This document shows, piece by piece, positions 1 through 10,869 of a stretch of DNA of 64,000 bases. Origin of the DNA: Octopus bimaculoides (lineage: Eukaryota); NCBI RefSeq assembly GCF_001194135.2, contig NC_068992.1, positions 14,581,853 to 14,645,852 of the forward strand, read 5' to 3'. Position numbers and translations under genes: made by a program. The stretch's first letter is position 1, and each line of letters opens with the position of its first letter. The notes beneath the pieces were generated by a model that was not told where the DNA came from, made no database searches, and was given only the letters and a program-made list of their open reading frames with translations.

Positions 1-334
1 CTCTAAGGCCCTTCAATTCTAGACCTTGCTTCCACACCTGAAACTTCTCCTCTAGTTCTGATAGTGACTCCGCAATTAGGGCAAGGTCATCAGCATAGAG
101 GAGCTCCCAGGGGCAACCTGTCTTGAACTCCTCTGTGATTGCCTGGAGGATTATGGTAAATAATAGGGGGCTGAGGACGGAACCTTGGTGGACCCCTACC
201 TCTACCCGGAATTCATTGCTGTACTCATTTCCAACCCTCACCTTACTGGCCGCATCTCTGTACATGGCTCGCACAGCTCTCACTAGCCATTCTTCTATCC
301 CAAGTTTCCTCATTGACCACCAGATAAGGGATCG
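1..334 (-). mobile_element. RTE-clade non-LTR retrotransposon, reverse transcriptase fragment (5'-truncated, runs off the left edge)
   Basis: The minus frame is open: RSLIWWSMRKLGIEEWLVRAVRAMY...VGVHQGSVLSPLLFTIILQAITEEFKTGCPWELLYADDLALIAES. It carries the RT motifs QGSVLSP and YADD. Confidence 0.92.
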
Positions 335-349
335 TATGTATATGTATAT

Positions 350-1120
350 CACTGTCATCATCATCATCCTTTAATGTCTATTGTCCATGCTGGCATGGGT
401 TAAAGCAAGAGAGCTGCACCCAGCTCCAGTCTGATTTAGTATCTTTTCTACTTCTGGATACCCTTTCTAACACCAACCACTTTACAGAATGTGTTGGGAG
501 CTTTTATGTCGCACCCCATAAGTGCCATAATGCGGCACCAGCACAGGACTCTTGCAAGCCCATTGTCTTTAGCAGGAGGAGTGGCCATATTGCTTTTATT
601 TTGGGGTATGGGTCTTGTTGAGTACAGTAAAGCACCAGATATTTCGGTCCTTTGTCATCTCATCTTAAAGGTTCAGCATCCTGAAGTCCTTCTTCAGTAC
701 TTCGTCCCATGTCTTCATCTACTTTGAGAGAATGACACTTCTTTATGGAACTGTCAGCATCCATCTGCATCACATGACCAAACCACCACAGTCTTCTCTC
801 TTGCACATTGCATCTAATTGCTCTTATGCCTAACTTCTCTCTCAAAACTCTAGCACTCTGTCAAACATGAACACTTACATTACACATCCAGCAGAGCATA
901 CTAGTCTCATTCCTTTCTAACCTTCGCATGTCCTCTGCATTCAGGGCCCATGTCTCACTACCATGTAGAATTGCTGTCCGTATACATGCATCATACAATC
1001 TTCCTTTCACTCAGGTAGAGAAATTTTTGGTTGCCAATAAAGGTAAAAGCTCTCTGAATTTTCTCCACCCTATTCTTATTCTAGCCATCACACACTTGTG
1101 CACCCTTCCCCACTACTAAT
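350..1120 (-). mobile_element. RTE-clade LINE 3' end (post-RT ORF remnant, 3' UTR and (GAT)n tail)
   Basis: Minus translation with stops: GWRKFRELLPLL...KGRLYDACIRTAILHGSETWAL...ERRLWWFGHVMQM. It is followed by the UTR ending CCATGCCAGCATGG and a (GAT)n tail at about 350-370. Confidence 0.85.
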
Positions 1121-1259
1121 TTGGTCCCACTACAAACACACACACACACACACACATATATATAAGTATATATAAGTATATATATACAATTAAACGTATG
1201 TATATATATATATGAGTATGTGCAAGCAAAACATGTGGTATCACTATGGAGCATGTAAT

Positions 1260-1593
1260 TTATAATTCAAACACAATTGCAGAGTTGTTAGAGTAAATAA
1301 GGGATTAAGAGATAATACATAAAGGCTCCTCCTACAGCTGTTTCTAGAATAGCCGTGCATATGGTGGATAGGTCATTGAACAAAAAATTTCCATCTAAGC
1401 CAACTATTTCGTCTTCAGAGAATTAAAGAATATCTTTAGTTAGAGATAATAGTATTTACCAGTTGCATTGCTGAAGAATTACTCTAGGCACCATACACAC
1501 AGCTATTCTAGAAACAGCTGTAAGAGCCTTCGTGCATTATTTCTTAATCCCTTGTTTACTGTAACAACTCTGCAATTATGTTTGAATTATAAG
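1260..1593. mobile_element. Inverted repeat (arms about 105 bp, spacer about 120 bp); Penelope-like terminal-repeat remnant
   Basis: 1260-1366 is the reverse complement of 1489-1593 (roughly 85-90% by eye). Both arms carry GAAACAGCTGTA. CTGAAGA lies at 1471-1477. Confidence 0.7.
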
Positions 1594-1654
1594 TAGATGT
1601 GGCTTGTTGGATCCTGTCAAACCGTACAACCCATGACAGCATGAAAAGTTGACA

Positions 1655-1925
1655 TTGAATGATGATGATGATGATGATGATGACAACGACGATGATGATG
1701 ATGATGATGACGATGATGATGACGATGATGGGTTTATTGAGGCAATGTGACTTGCAGTTTATACCAATGCTATTTTTCAGTAGATATTCAATGTCATTAC
1801 TGGAAGAACCATGAAATTTAATTTCACAGTGGAAGAGGACAACAACAATGATGATGATGATGATGATAATGATGATGAAAATGATGATGATGACGACGAC
1901 GACGACGACGATGATGATGATGTAA
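1655..1925. repeat. (GAT/GAC)n microsatellite tracts; the left one is the tail of an RTE 3' remnant at about 1610-1660
   Basis: Trinucleotide runs are directly visible. Confidence 0.9.
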
Positions 1926-2937
1926 CTCAATCTTTTTGAGTACACTCTCTTTACTCCAACTTGTTAGCAGACCGGCTCAAAGACTTACCGATGGAATTTT
2001 GCAATGACACATTATCCACACGCTTTGTACAATGTCAAAATTTTAACATCACTATTTTTGGACACCAGCTTTTGTAAATATATTTGAAATTTGATTTATG
2101 TTTGTACAACCATTAACATACTTTCTGTGATTTACAGATTTTGCCTGATTGGTTAAAGTTGATTTACATATGTTTGTTAGTACACAGTTACAATACTTGC
2201 AGACTGTATTATCATTCTTCCACAGAAGACACTTAAAACTGACTTTTCCCAGCTATTGCTATATTGTCTGCTAACGTTAGCATTCTATTTTTCTGTTGTG
2301 ACTGACTGTTAATAAGATAAGGGGAAATTTTACAATGGGGGCACGTTGCAATTATTATAACTTGAGAATATTTTTTGTTTTTATCTTATTAAAGCACAGA
2401 GTTGAAGCTTGAAATCAGTGAACTAGGCAAAGATATAAGCCATGATGTAACCAACAAAATGTTGAGCATGGCTGGCTCATCCGAGTTCTTACACTCAGCC
2501 CCATGATCTGCTGATCAAATTCATTGTAGAAGCAAAAATAACTGGAAGTTAGGGTGGACATACCAAGGCACAAGAAAGAGGTACTGGGCTCTAATGTTGT
2601 GTAACAGTTTAAGAAGCTCTCCTGAAAGAGAAGATGGTCATTATGTATGATGACTGCCTCTTAATATCTGGAGTGATGAGGAATATTAAGGAGTTAGGCC
2701 AGAAGAAGAAAGGGCTAAAGAGGTGAAGAGCTTGATTAGTATTGTAAATGTGGGAGGAAAGGTAGTGTAACAAGGCCTAAAACTGAAACCTTACAGGTTT
2801 AGTAACTAGGATCAGACCATACTAAGATTGGGTGACATACCCTGAGTATCAACCAATCAGGTTGCAGAAATATCACCTTGTATTATAAAATGTTCTGTGA
2901 TGTTTCCTGCTTTAATGGGTTATATATTATAAGTAAC

Positions 2938-3328
2938 AGTGGAGGCGCAATGACTCAGTGGTTAGGGCTGCGGACACGCGGTCATAGGATCGCAGTTTCG
3001 ATTCCCAGACCGGGCGTTGTGAGTGTTTATTGAGCGAAAACACCTAAAGCTCCACGAGGCTCCAGCAGGGGGCAGTGGCGACCCCTGCTGTACTCTTTCA
3101 CCACAACTTTCTCTCACTCTTTCTTCCTGTTTCTCTTGTGCCTGTAATTCAAAGGGTCAGCCTTGTCACACTCTGTGTCACACTGAATATCCCCGCGAAC
3201 TACGTTAAGGGTACACATGTCTGTGGAGTGCTCAGCCACTTGCACATTAATTTCACGAGCAGGCTGTTCCGTTGATCCGATCAACTGGAACCCTCGACGT
3301 CGTAAGCGACGGAGTGCCAACAACAACA
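2938..3328 (+). mobile_element. tRNA-derived SINE, family A, full length with 12-bp target-site duplication (TSD)
   Basis: A-box-like and B-box-like head (TGACTCAGTGG...GTTTCGATTCC), a 3' hairpin CGTCG-TAAG-CGACG and a (CAA)n tail. TSD ATTATAAGTAAC at 2926-2937 and 3329-3340. Confidence 0.92.
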
Positions 3329-3934
3329 ATTATAAGTAACTGCATGGGCAAGTACAGCCAGAGAGGCAGAGAGGTGGCTGAGGACGATATGTGCTTTTAT
3401 GTTTTTGCATGTTGACACAGACAACAAGTCCTTAAGAAAATAAAGTTATTTGGTTGCTATTCTACTCAAGTTAAAGGAAACGTTGACTACGGAAAACAGA
3501 ATATCTTTTTCTGCCTCTTGCATGAAGCTGCTCATTTCTGTTATTCATGTAATTAGGAACTACCCTTTACTTCTGGCACAACACACTACTGGTAAGGGTC
3601 TGTATAATTATGTAAATATCGTGATATGTTCCCTTAAAAAATAAATGTTAATTAAAGTCTAGAGCTGATTTTAATGTGGGACAACACACAGTCTAAATGT
3701 CATACTAATTTATCAATACCCATTTAATCTTTCTTGACAGCAGTAACTACAGGCTTGAAGGTTTTACTAAGGCATTTCGAATTGAGTGCAGTGGGGCAAT
3801 TGCAAGTGGAGGCAACAAGGTGGCCAGAGTTGAGTATCTTTGTAGGAAGGCAAATGTGTTTCTGACTCTGTGTGTACATGTATATATGTATGCATGGATG
3901 AGTATGTGTTTGTCTGAATCTGTTTGTATTCTGT

Positions 3935-4005
3935 GTCCATCCATCCATCCATCCATCCATCTATCAATCTATCTATGTATCTGTCTGTCTGTCTAGCTAT
4001 CTATG

Positions 4006-4081
<76 letters not shown>

Positions 4082-4879
4082 NNNNNNNNNNNNNNNNNNN
4101 NNNNNNNNNNNNNNNNNNNNNNNNNNNNNNNNNNNNNNNNNNNNNNNNNNNNNNNNNNNNNNNNNNNNNNNNNNNNNNNNNNNNNNNNNNNNNNNNNNNN
4201 NNNNNNNNNNNNNNNNNNNNNNNNNNNNNNNNNNNNNNNNNNNNNNNNNNNNNNNNNNNNNNNNNNNNNNNNNNNNNNNNNNNNNNNNNNNNNNNNNNNN
4301 NNNNNNNNNNNNNNNNNNNNNNNNNNNNNNNNNNNNNNNNNNNNNNNNNNNNNNNNNNNNNNNNNNNNNNNNNNNNNNNNNNNNNNNNNNNNNNNNNNNN
4401 NNNNNNNNNNNNNNNNNNNNNNNNNNNNNNNNNNNNNNNNNNNNNNNNNNNNNNNNNNNNNNNNNNNNNNNNNNNNNNNNNNNNNNNNNNNNNNNNNNNN
4501 NNNNNNNNNNNNNNNNNNNNNNNNNNNNNNNNNNNNNNNNNNNNNNNNNNNNNNNNNNNNNNNNNNNNNNNNNNNNNNNNNNNNNNNNNNNNNNNNNNNN
4601 NNNNNNNNNNNNNNNNNNNNNNNNNNNNNNNNNNNNNNNNNNNNNNNNNNNNNNNNNNNNNNNNNNNNNNNNNNNNNNNNNNNNNNNNNNNNNNNNNNNN
4701 NNNNNNNNNNNNNNNNNNNNNNNNNNNNNNNNNNNNNNNNNNNNNNNNNNNNNNNNNNNNNNNNNNNNNNNNNNNNNNNNNNNNNNNNNNNNNNNNNNNN
4801 NNNNNNNNNNNNNNNNNNNNNNNNNNNNNNNNNNNNNNNNNNNNNNNNNNNNNNNNNNNNNNCTATCTCTATCTATCTG

Positions 4880-4914
<35 letters not shown>

Positions 4915-5030
4915 GTCTGTCTATCTCTGTCTATCTATCTATCTGCCAGTCTGTCTGTCTATCTCTGTCTATCTATCTATCTACCTATCTATCTGTATGT
5001 ATGTATGTATGTATGTATGTACATATGCAT
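3935..5030. repeat. (TCCA)n/(TCTA)n/(TCTG)n microsatellite spanning the N gap 4082-4862
   Basis: Directly visible. Confidence 0.9.
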
Positions 5031-5039
5031 GTATGTGCA

Positions 5040-5540
5040 GGCAGACCAACAGACAGATTCTGTGCTTTTACATCACAATGGCAAAGCCGCCCACTATATT
5101 CAGAGTGGAAGGCCTTTCACCCGCTCTTAGCAACAGCTGCAAGTCATCAATCAAAACAAACTAATGATGCATTCATACAAAGTATGACCTGCAGGCCCTC
5201 CCCCTCTTACAACTAGCATGCAGTCAGCCCTTCTAGCACCCCAAAACTGTTAAAGCCACCACATTCGCTGAGCATTCTCGTATTAAAGTCTATTCTGAAC
5301 ATAGCATAAATCTCCTCCCAGAGTCTCTTTCCTTGTTCTATTTACCTTATCATTACATGCGCATATTCGACCAGGGCAAAAGCTTCTCTCGTGACTCCCA
5401 AAGTTACCAATTCTGATGATATTCTTGCCTTCAGATCAGGGAGAAGCTACAATGCACAGCCATTGTTGTATGACCCAGCAGATGTTTGTCCAGTCGAATG
5501 TAGGTGTGGTGTTTCTAGAATTTGTGAAGCTGTTCTATCA
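5040..5540 (-). mobile_element. Possible highly decayed LINE RT fragment
   Basis: Minus-strand pieces such as LWEEIYAMFRID...FNSFGVLEGL and xDDLQLL loosely follow RT motif order, with several stops and frameshifts. Confidence 0.3.
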
Positions 5541-5559
5541 TGAGCGTCAACCTCTTAGT

Positions 5560-6020
5560 TTTATGTCTGTCTGTCTGTGTGTCTGTCTGTGTGTCTGTCT
5601 GTTTGTCTGTCTGTATGTCTGTCTGTCTGTATGTATGTATGTATGTATGAATTTATGTGCGTGTGTGTGTACGTATTATGTATGTATGTATGAATTTATG
5701 TATGTATGTATGTAAGCTTGTGTGTGTACGCATGTATGTATGTATGTGTATGTGTGCATATGTGTGTGTGCGTACGTGTGAGTATGTATGTATGGCTGTA
5801 TGCATATATGTATGTATGTATGTATGTGCATGTGTGCATATGTGTGTGTATACGTGTGAGTATGTATGTATGGCTGTATGCATATATGTATGTATGTGTG
5901 AATTTATGTATGAATGCATGTATGTCTGTATATATGTATGTGGGCATGCATGTATTTGTGTGTGTGTGTGTATGAATTTATGTATGTACATGTGTATGTA
6001 TGTATGCATGCATGTATGTA
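5560..6020. repeat. (TG/TATG)n low-complexity tract containing an internal duplication of about 70 bp
   Basis: CGTGTGAGTATGTATGTATGGCTGTATGCATATATG occurs at about 5775 and about 5853. Confidence 0.85.
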
Positions 6021-6311
6021 TAAATCCCCAAAAGAATGCAACAGACGACAATAAAACATCTAGACAGATAGATGATACAAAGATGGACAGGAAAAACAAC
6101 AAAAGGACAGACAGGAAAAATCAAGGATGGGTTATTCGTGGCCTTCTTTCCTCAGTCAAGTTTCCAGATTATCCTTACAATTTCGGCCGGTTACACTTGA
6201 GGCCATTCAAATCTAGTTGATGCATGTTTGTATTTATGAACGCATGTAGATTGTTAGACAGGTATTTAGATATACATCTATATTTCTGTATGTGTGTGTG
6301 TGTGTATGCAT

Positions 6312-6343
<32 letters not shown>

Positions 6344-6654
6344 ACACAGGGTTCAGATTAAATTTGCTAATTTCTTGTATGTCTCCTTTTCTCAGCAGTA
6401 TTTGTTATTTAAGTTCAAGTGCTTATCTATAAGTTTCATTATTGAACGAACTATATTTGTTTTAAGCTGCATCGCTAAGGGGATTATTAACCAGATGTTA
6501 TCCTTGTTTCATTTATTTTTAATATTATTATTTTTAATGTAGAAACTGTCCTCAATACTATTATAGAATGTAAAGTTATGGTTATAATTCTTCTTCTTCT
6601 TTCTTTAGTTATTTTTATTATTATTACTATCAGTTTTATTGGGGTTATTTCTGT

Positions 6655-6810
6655 ACATCATCATCATCATCATCATCGTTTAACGTCCGCTTTCCATGCT
6701 AGCATGGGTTGGACGATTTGACTGAGGACTGGTGAAACCGGATGGCAACACCAGGCTCCAGTCTGATTTGGCAGTGTTTCTACAGCTGGATGCCCTTCCT
6801 AACGCCAGTT
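6655..6810 (-). mobile_element. RTE-LINE 3' terminus, 5'-truncated
   Basis: (CAT)n-CGTTTAACGTCCGCTTTCCATGCTAGCATGGG...CTACAGCTGGATGCCCTTCCTAACGCC, matching the UTR linked to RTE ORFs at 350-1120 and 34440-34915. Confidence 0.85.
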
Positions 6811-7224
6811 TATATATTTTATATATTTTATATACCTTGGTATTGTCATTCCTAACAGGGCCTATATTGGTTCTTAGAGGTACGTTATTTTTATTTTTAT
6901 TTATATTTTATTATTATTCATATTAGTATTCTTAATATTATTTTTCTCATTATTGGTATTTCTATCATTATCATTTTTAATGTTGTTATTTATATTAATC
7001 TGAATTTTATCATTCTTCCTACTATTTTTGTTATTAGTACTGTTAATCTTATTAATGTTGTTCATATTGTTGTTGTGGTTGTTAGTGTCAATTGGGGTGT
7101 AATTCCTGTTATAATAGTTTTGGGCGTTTATGTTAGTTGAGTTATTTTTATTTTGTTCTGTGTATAGGTATTTAATGTTTTGCTTATAACCTGTTTTTTT
7201 CTAATGCACTATTGAAATCAAATT

Positions 7225-7905
7225 CGATGACAGCATCGCATGACTGGCATCTGTGCTAGTGGAGCGCTAAGAGCACCATCCGAGCATGACCGTTGCCGGG
7301 GCCACTGACTGGCTCCCGTGCTGGTGACACTAAAAAGCACTATTCGAGCATGATTGTTACAAGTGTCGCCTTACTGGCACTTGTGCTGGTGGCACTTGAA
7401 AAATAATATTCGAGTGAGGTCATTGCCAGGACCACTGGACTGGCTCCTGTGCAGGTGGCATGTAAAAAACACCGTTTGAGCGTGGCCGTTGCCAGTACCG
7501 CCTGACTGGCACTTGTGCTGGTGGCTCGTAAAAAGCACCATCCGAACATGGCTGATGCCAGTACCCCCTGACTGGCTCTCATGCCGGTGGCACGTAAAAA
7601 GCACTATCTGAACACGATCGATGCCAGGCCTGCCTGACTGGCTCCCATGCTGGTGGCACATAAAAAGCACCCACTACACTCTCGGAGTGGTTGGCGTTAG
7701 GAAGGGCATCCAGCTGTAGAAACACTGCCAGATCACATTGGAGCCTGGTGCAGCTGCTGGCTCTCCAGACCTCAGTCAAACCATCCTACCCATGCCAGCA
7801 TGGAAAACGGACGTTAAACGATGACGATGATGATGATGATGACAACGACGACGACGACGACGACGATGATGATGATGACAACGACGATGATGATGATGAT
7901 GATAT
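7225..7905 (+). mobile_element. RTE-LINE 3' UTR with about 6.5 tandem units of about 66 bp and a (GAT/GAC)n tail
   Basis: Units start GACTGGC and contain GTGC(C/T)GGTGGCAC...AAAAAGCAC. They are followed by the shared RTE terminus. Confidence 0.85.
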
Positions 7906-7926
7906 ACACATACATTTATACATACA

Positions 7927-7964
<38 letters not shown>

Positions 7965-7975
<11 letters not shown>

Positions 7976-8270
7976 ATACATGTATGTATGTATGTATATA
8001 CATGTATGTATGTATGTATATACATGTATGTATGTATGTATATACATGTATGTATGTATGTATATACATGTATGTATGTATGTATATACATGTATGTATG
8101 TATGTATATACATGTATGTATGTATGTATATACATGTATGTATGTATGTATATACATGTATGTATGTATGTATGTATATACATGTATGTATGTATGTATG
8201 TATATACATGTATGTATGTATGTATGTATATACATGTATGTATGTATGTATGTATGTATGTATGTATGTA
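7965..8270. repeat. 22-bp minisatellite (TATACATGTATGTATGTATGTA)n, about 12-13 copies
   Basis: TATACA recurs every 22 bp (7975, 7997, 8019...). Confidence 0.85.
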
Positions 8271-9249
8271 TAGGCAGTATACTTTGTATGTGTATACGAG
8301 TGTAATAGATGTTAGAGTAAAGCATTATGTTTCTCCATTAAGAGTCAAGTAGAACAATTGACCAATCAGAACTCGATACCTGGAGTGGTACTCACTCACA
8401 TACACTTAGTTTCACCAAGTTCAAAACTTGCTGGTTTCATGGGCTTTTTTTTTTTTTTTTTTTTTTTTTACATTTGCTTTTCAATGTTAACTGTAGTATT
8501 TTCTTTTCTTTTTTTTTTGTTGTTGTATTCTACTTTTGTCATGTCTCTACTTTTATCCATAAATATTTAATAACCACTGAATTTTGTGTGTTTTCACACC
8601 ACTACAAACAGATTTGTTTTAAAAAAGATTAGAAGATTGAAATTAAAACGAAAATACAAAAAAAAATGTATGCTAATATGAATTACAATAGATAAAAAAA
8701 ATGATGTACAAAATTAAATAAGCTTACTTGAGTAGTTTGACAATCAAACATTATTCTGCTTTTGTTTAATTAGAAGCAAATTCTTTCAATTATAGGCTGA
8801 CAGTCCACATGTACATGACATACACACAACCAAATGCATACACTCCTCTCATATACACTCTCTCACACACACACACATACATACAAACACAGATGCATAT
8901 AAAGCACCAAGTACATTGTATAAAGTGGTTGGCACATCGAGCTGAGAAATGCACTTAGTACACTCTGTAAAGTGGATTGTGTTAAGAAGAGCATCCAGCC
9001 ATTGGAACTGTGGCAGAAAACAAGAAAAAAAAAAAAAGAAAAAGACATTGGAGTAAAAGAGGGCCCTTTACAACGTTGAATCCTGTCGAATCATGTGACC
9101 TATCTCAGTGGATATAAAAGGTGTGTAAAATGATGATGATGTTGGTAGTGATGATGATGGTGGTGGTAGTGGTGGTGGTGGTGGTGGTGATGATGATGAA
9201 ACTGATGATTATGATGATGATGATGATGGTGGTGGTGATGGTGATGAAA

Positions 9250-9285
<36 letters not shown>

Positions 9286-9469
9286 ATGATGATGATGATG
9301 ATGATGCTGATATTGTTGATGATGATGATGATGAGTTATATTACAGGATGTTTGGGTGAAATTTGATGATTTTTTTTTTTTATGTCTTCTTTTTTGTTAG
9401 TAACACCTCCATGTATTTGGTGAACAGTCAATGGCATTAGAGAACATAAAGATTAAAGTTATAGCCAAG

Positions 9470-9840
9470 AAAAAAGTTAGCTGACATTGAAGACTGGAAG
9501 CCATCTAAATATTGGAAAAGAGTTGCCTGTATCATGATGGTTTTTGCCATGTATCAAAATGCCAACATCATGGCTGTTGCTCAATGCTCCATCAACGCTG
9601 CAAAGGTATCCATATGATATCCCACATATCGTGTAAACCAAGTTTCCACAAACTGTAATAGTCTTTGGGTGTGTCTCTAGTGAGGGTGATATCATGCTGC
9701 CTCACATCTTTGAACAAGGCCTTAGACTCAATTCAGACAGTTATGGAGACTGTGGTTAATCCCTGGTTGAAGAGGGTTGCTACTGGGATGCCATATGTGT
9801 GGCAGCAGGATTTAGCACCTTGCCATATCTTTGGAAAAGT
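9470..9840 (+). mobile_element. Tc1/mariner-superfamily transposase fragment (maT/DD37D-like by recalled similarity)
   Basis: TKFPQTVIVFGCVSSEGDIMLPHIFEQGLRLNSDSY, a frameshift, then ETVVNPWLKRVATGMPYVWQQDLAPCH (QQD.AP.H motif). Confidence 0.75.
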
Positions 9841-9844
9841 CAGT

Positions 9845-10158
9845 GGGCCAGTGGTTAAGGCAGCGGATTCATGGTTGGAGGATCGCGGTTTCGATTCCCA
9901 GACCGGGCGTTGTGTGTGTTTATTGAGCGAAAACACCTAAAGCTCCACAGGGCTCCGGCAGGGGGTGGTGGCGACCCCCTATTGTACTCTCTCACCCCAA
10001 CTTTCTCTCACTCTTTCTTCCTGTTTCTTGAGTAACACTGCGATGGACTGGCGTCCCATCCAGCTGGGGGAGAACACATACACCATAGAAACCGGGAAAC
10101 CGGACCCATGAGCCTGGCTAGGCTTGAAAAGAGCACATAAATAAAATAAAAATAAAAT
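9845..10158 (+). mobile_element. SINE family A variant with an alternative 3' module and an (AAAAT)n tail
   Basis: Head and middle match 2938-3130. The 3' part instead reads CTGCGATGGACTGGCGTCCCATCCAG. Confidence 0.85.
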
Positions 10159-10386
10159 ATACAAATTATGGAAGTTTAGTTCACAGGTGATCTAAACGAT
10201 TAGGTACGCTAGGTAAGTGCTGTAATGGATTACTAGGGTTCGAAGGTTATAGCTGAGACAGTAGTTATGGAGCCATAACAGATTTCCTATGCAGCAGAAA
10301 TATAATTGTTAAAGTGGACAACAAACATTAAGGCAAGGTAAACATCTCAAGTCGTATGCATTATTATTATTGGAAAAAATTCAAAA

Positions 10387-10440
10387 TCTTACAGCTGTTT
10401 CTGGGATAACCTCGAATATGGGATATTCCGTCATCAGAAA
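10387..10440 (-). ncRNA. Minimal hammerhead ribozyme-like motif (left arm)
   Basis: The minus strand reads TTT-CTGATGA-CGGAATATCCCATATTCGAGGTTATCCCA-GAAAC-AGCT-GTA-AGA. Confidence 0.55.
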
Positions 10441-10777
10441 CAAATAGGGGAAAAATAAGGAAAATGAGAATAGTACATATTAATGAGATGACAACATAGA
10501 GGAAGGGAGTAAAAGAATAAGGAGATGGAAAGAAAGAAGAAAAAAGAAGCATAAAAGTTCATAGTTTAACTTTCTGAAGTTATAGAAACCAGAGTATGAG
10601 TCCTTAGGTGTAATCCTGTGTATGGTCTGGTTTCTATAAATTCGGAAAGTTGAACTATGAACTTTTATGCTTCTTTTTTTCTTCTTTCGTTCCATCTCCT
10701 TATTCTTTTACTTGCTTCCTCTGTCATTATCTCATTAATATGTACCATTCTCATTTTCCCTATTTTCCCCCTATTTG

Positions 10778-10831
10778 TCTCTGATGACGGAGTATCCCAT
10801 ACTCAGGGATATCCCAGAAACAGCTGTAAGA
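10778..10831 (+). ncRNA. Minimal hammerhead ribozyme-like motif (right arm)
   Basis: TCT-CTGATGA-(29 nt, hairpins)-GAAAC-AGCT-GTA-AGA. Stem I is TCT/AGA, stem III is palindromic ACAGCTGT, and the cleavage triplet is GUA. The stem II closing pair is non-canonical. Confidence 0.6.
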
Positions 10832-10869
10832 TTTTGAATTTTTTCCTTAATGTTTGTTGTCCACATATA

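Larger units (their letters stand above)
10372..10846. mobile_element. 475-bp palindrome (arms about 222 bp, 32-bp loop); Penelope-like head-to-head terminal repeats
   Basis: 10372-10593 is the reverse complement of 10626-10846 (about 90% by eye). Each arm has a hammerhead-like core near its outer end. Confidence 0.85.

Noticed and set aside
1987-2130. Perfect minus-strand donor CG|GTAAGT at about 1987
   Set aside because: There is no pyrimidine-rich acceptor upstream, and the candidate exon has stops in all frames.
2941-3015. tRNA-like sequences with A and B boxes (all SINE heads)
   Set aside because: They lack a complete cloverleaf and continue into multi-copy SINE bodies with tails and TSDs.
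3924-5216. Long ORF-track entries (also 39292-40164, 47148-48080, 52376-53268, 55823-57210, 59868-60695, 61294-62165)
   Set aside because: They are made of N-gap X residues and microsatellite translations, not real coding sequence.
7240-7672. Regularly spaced repeats suggestive of a CRISPR array
   Set aside because: Whole units are homologous with no unique spacers, there are no cas genes, and the context is a eukaryotic LINE UTR.
7691-8352. Periodic Cys/His/Tyr-rich ORFs resembling metal-binding repeats (also 5653-6220, 15597-16097)
   Set aside because: These are translations of (TATG)n, (TCTG)n and the 22-bp minisatellite, open in several frames on both strands.
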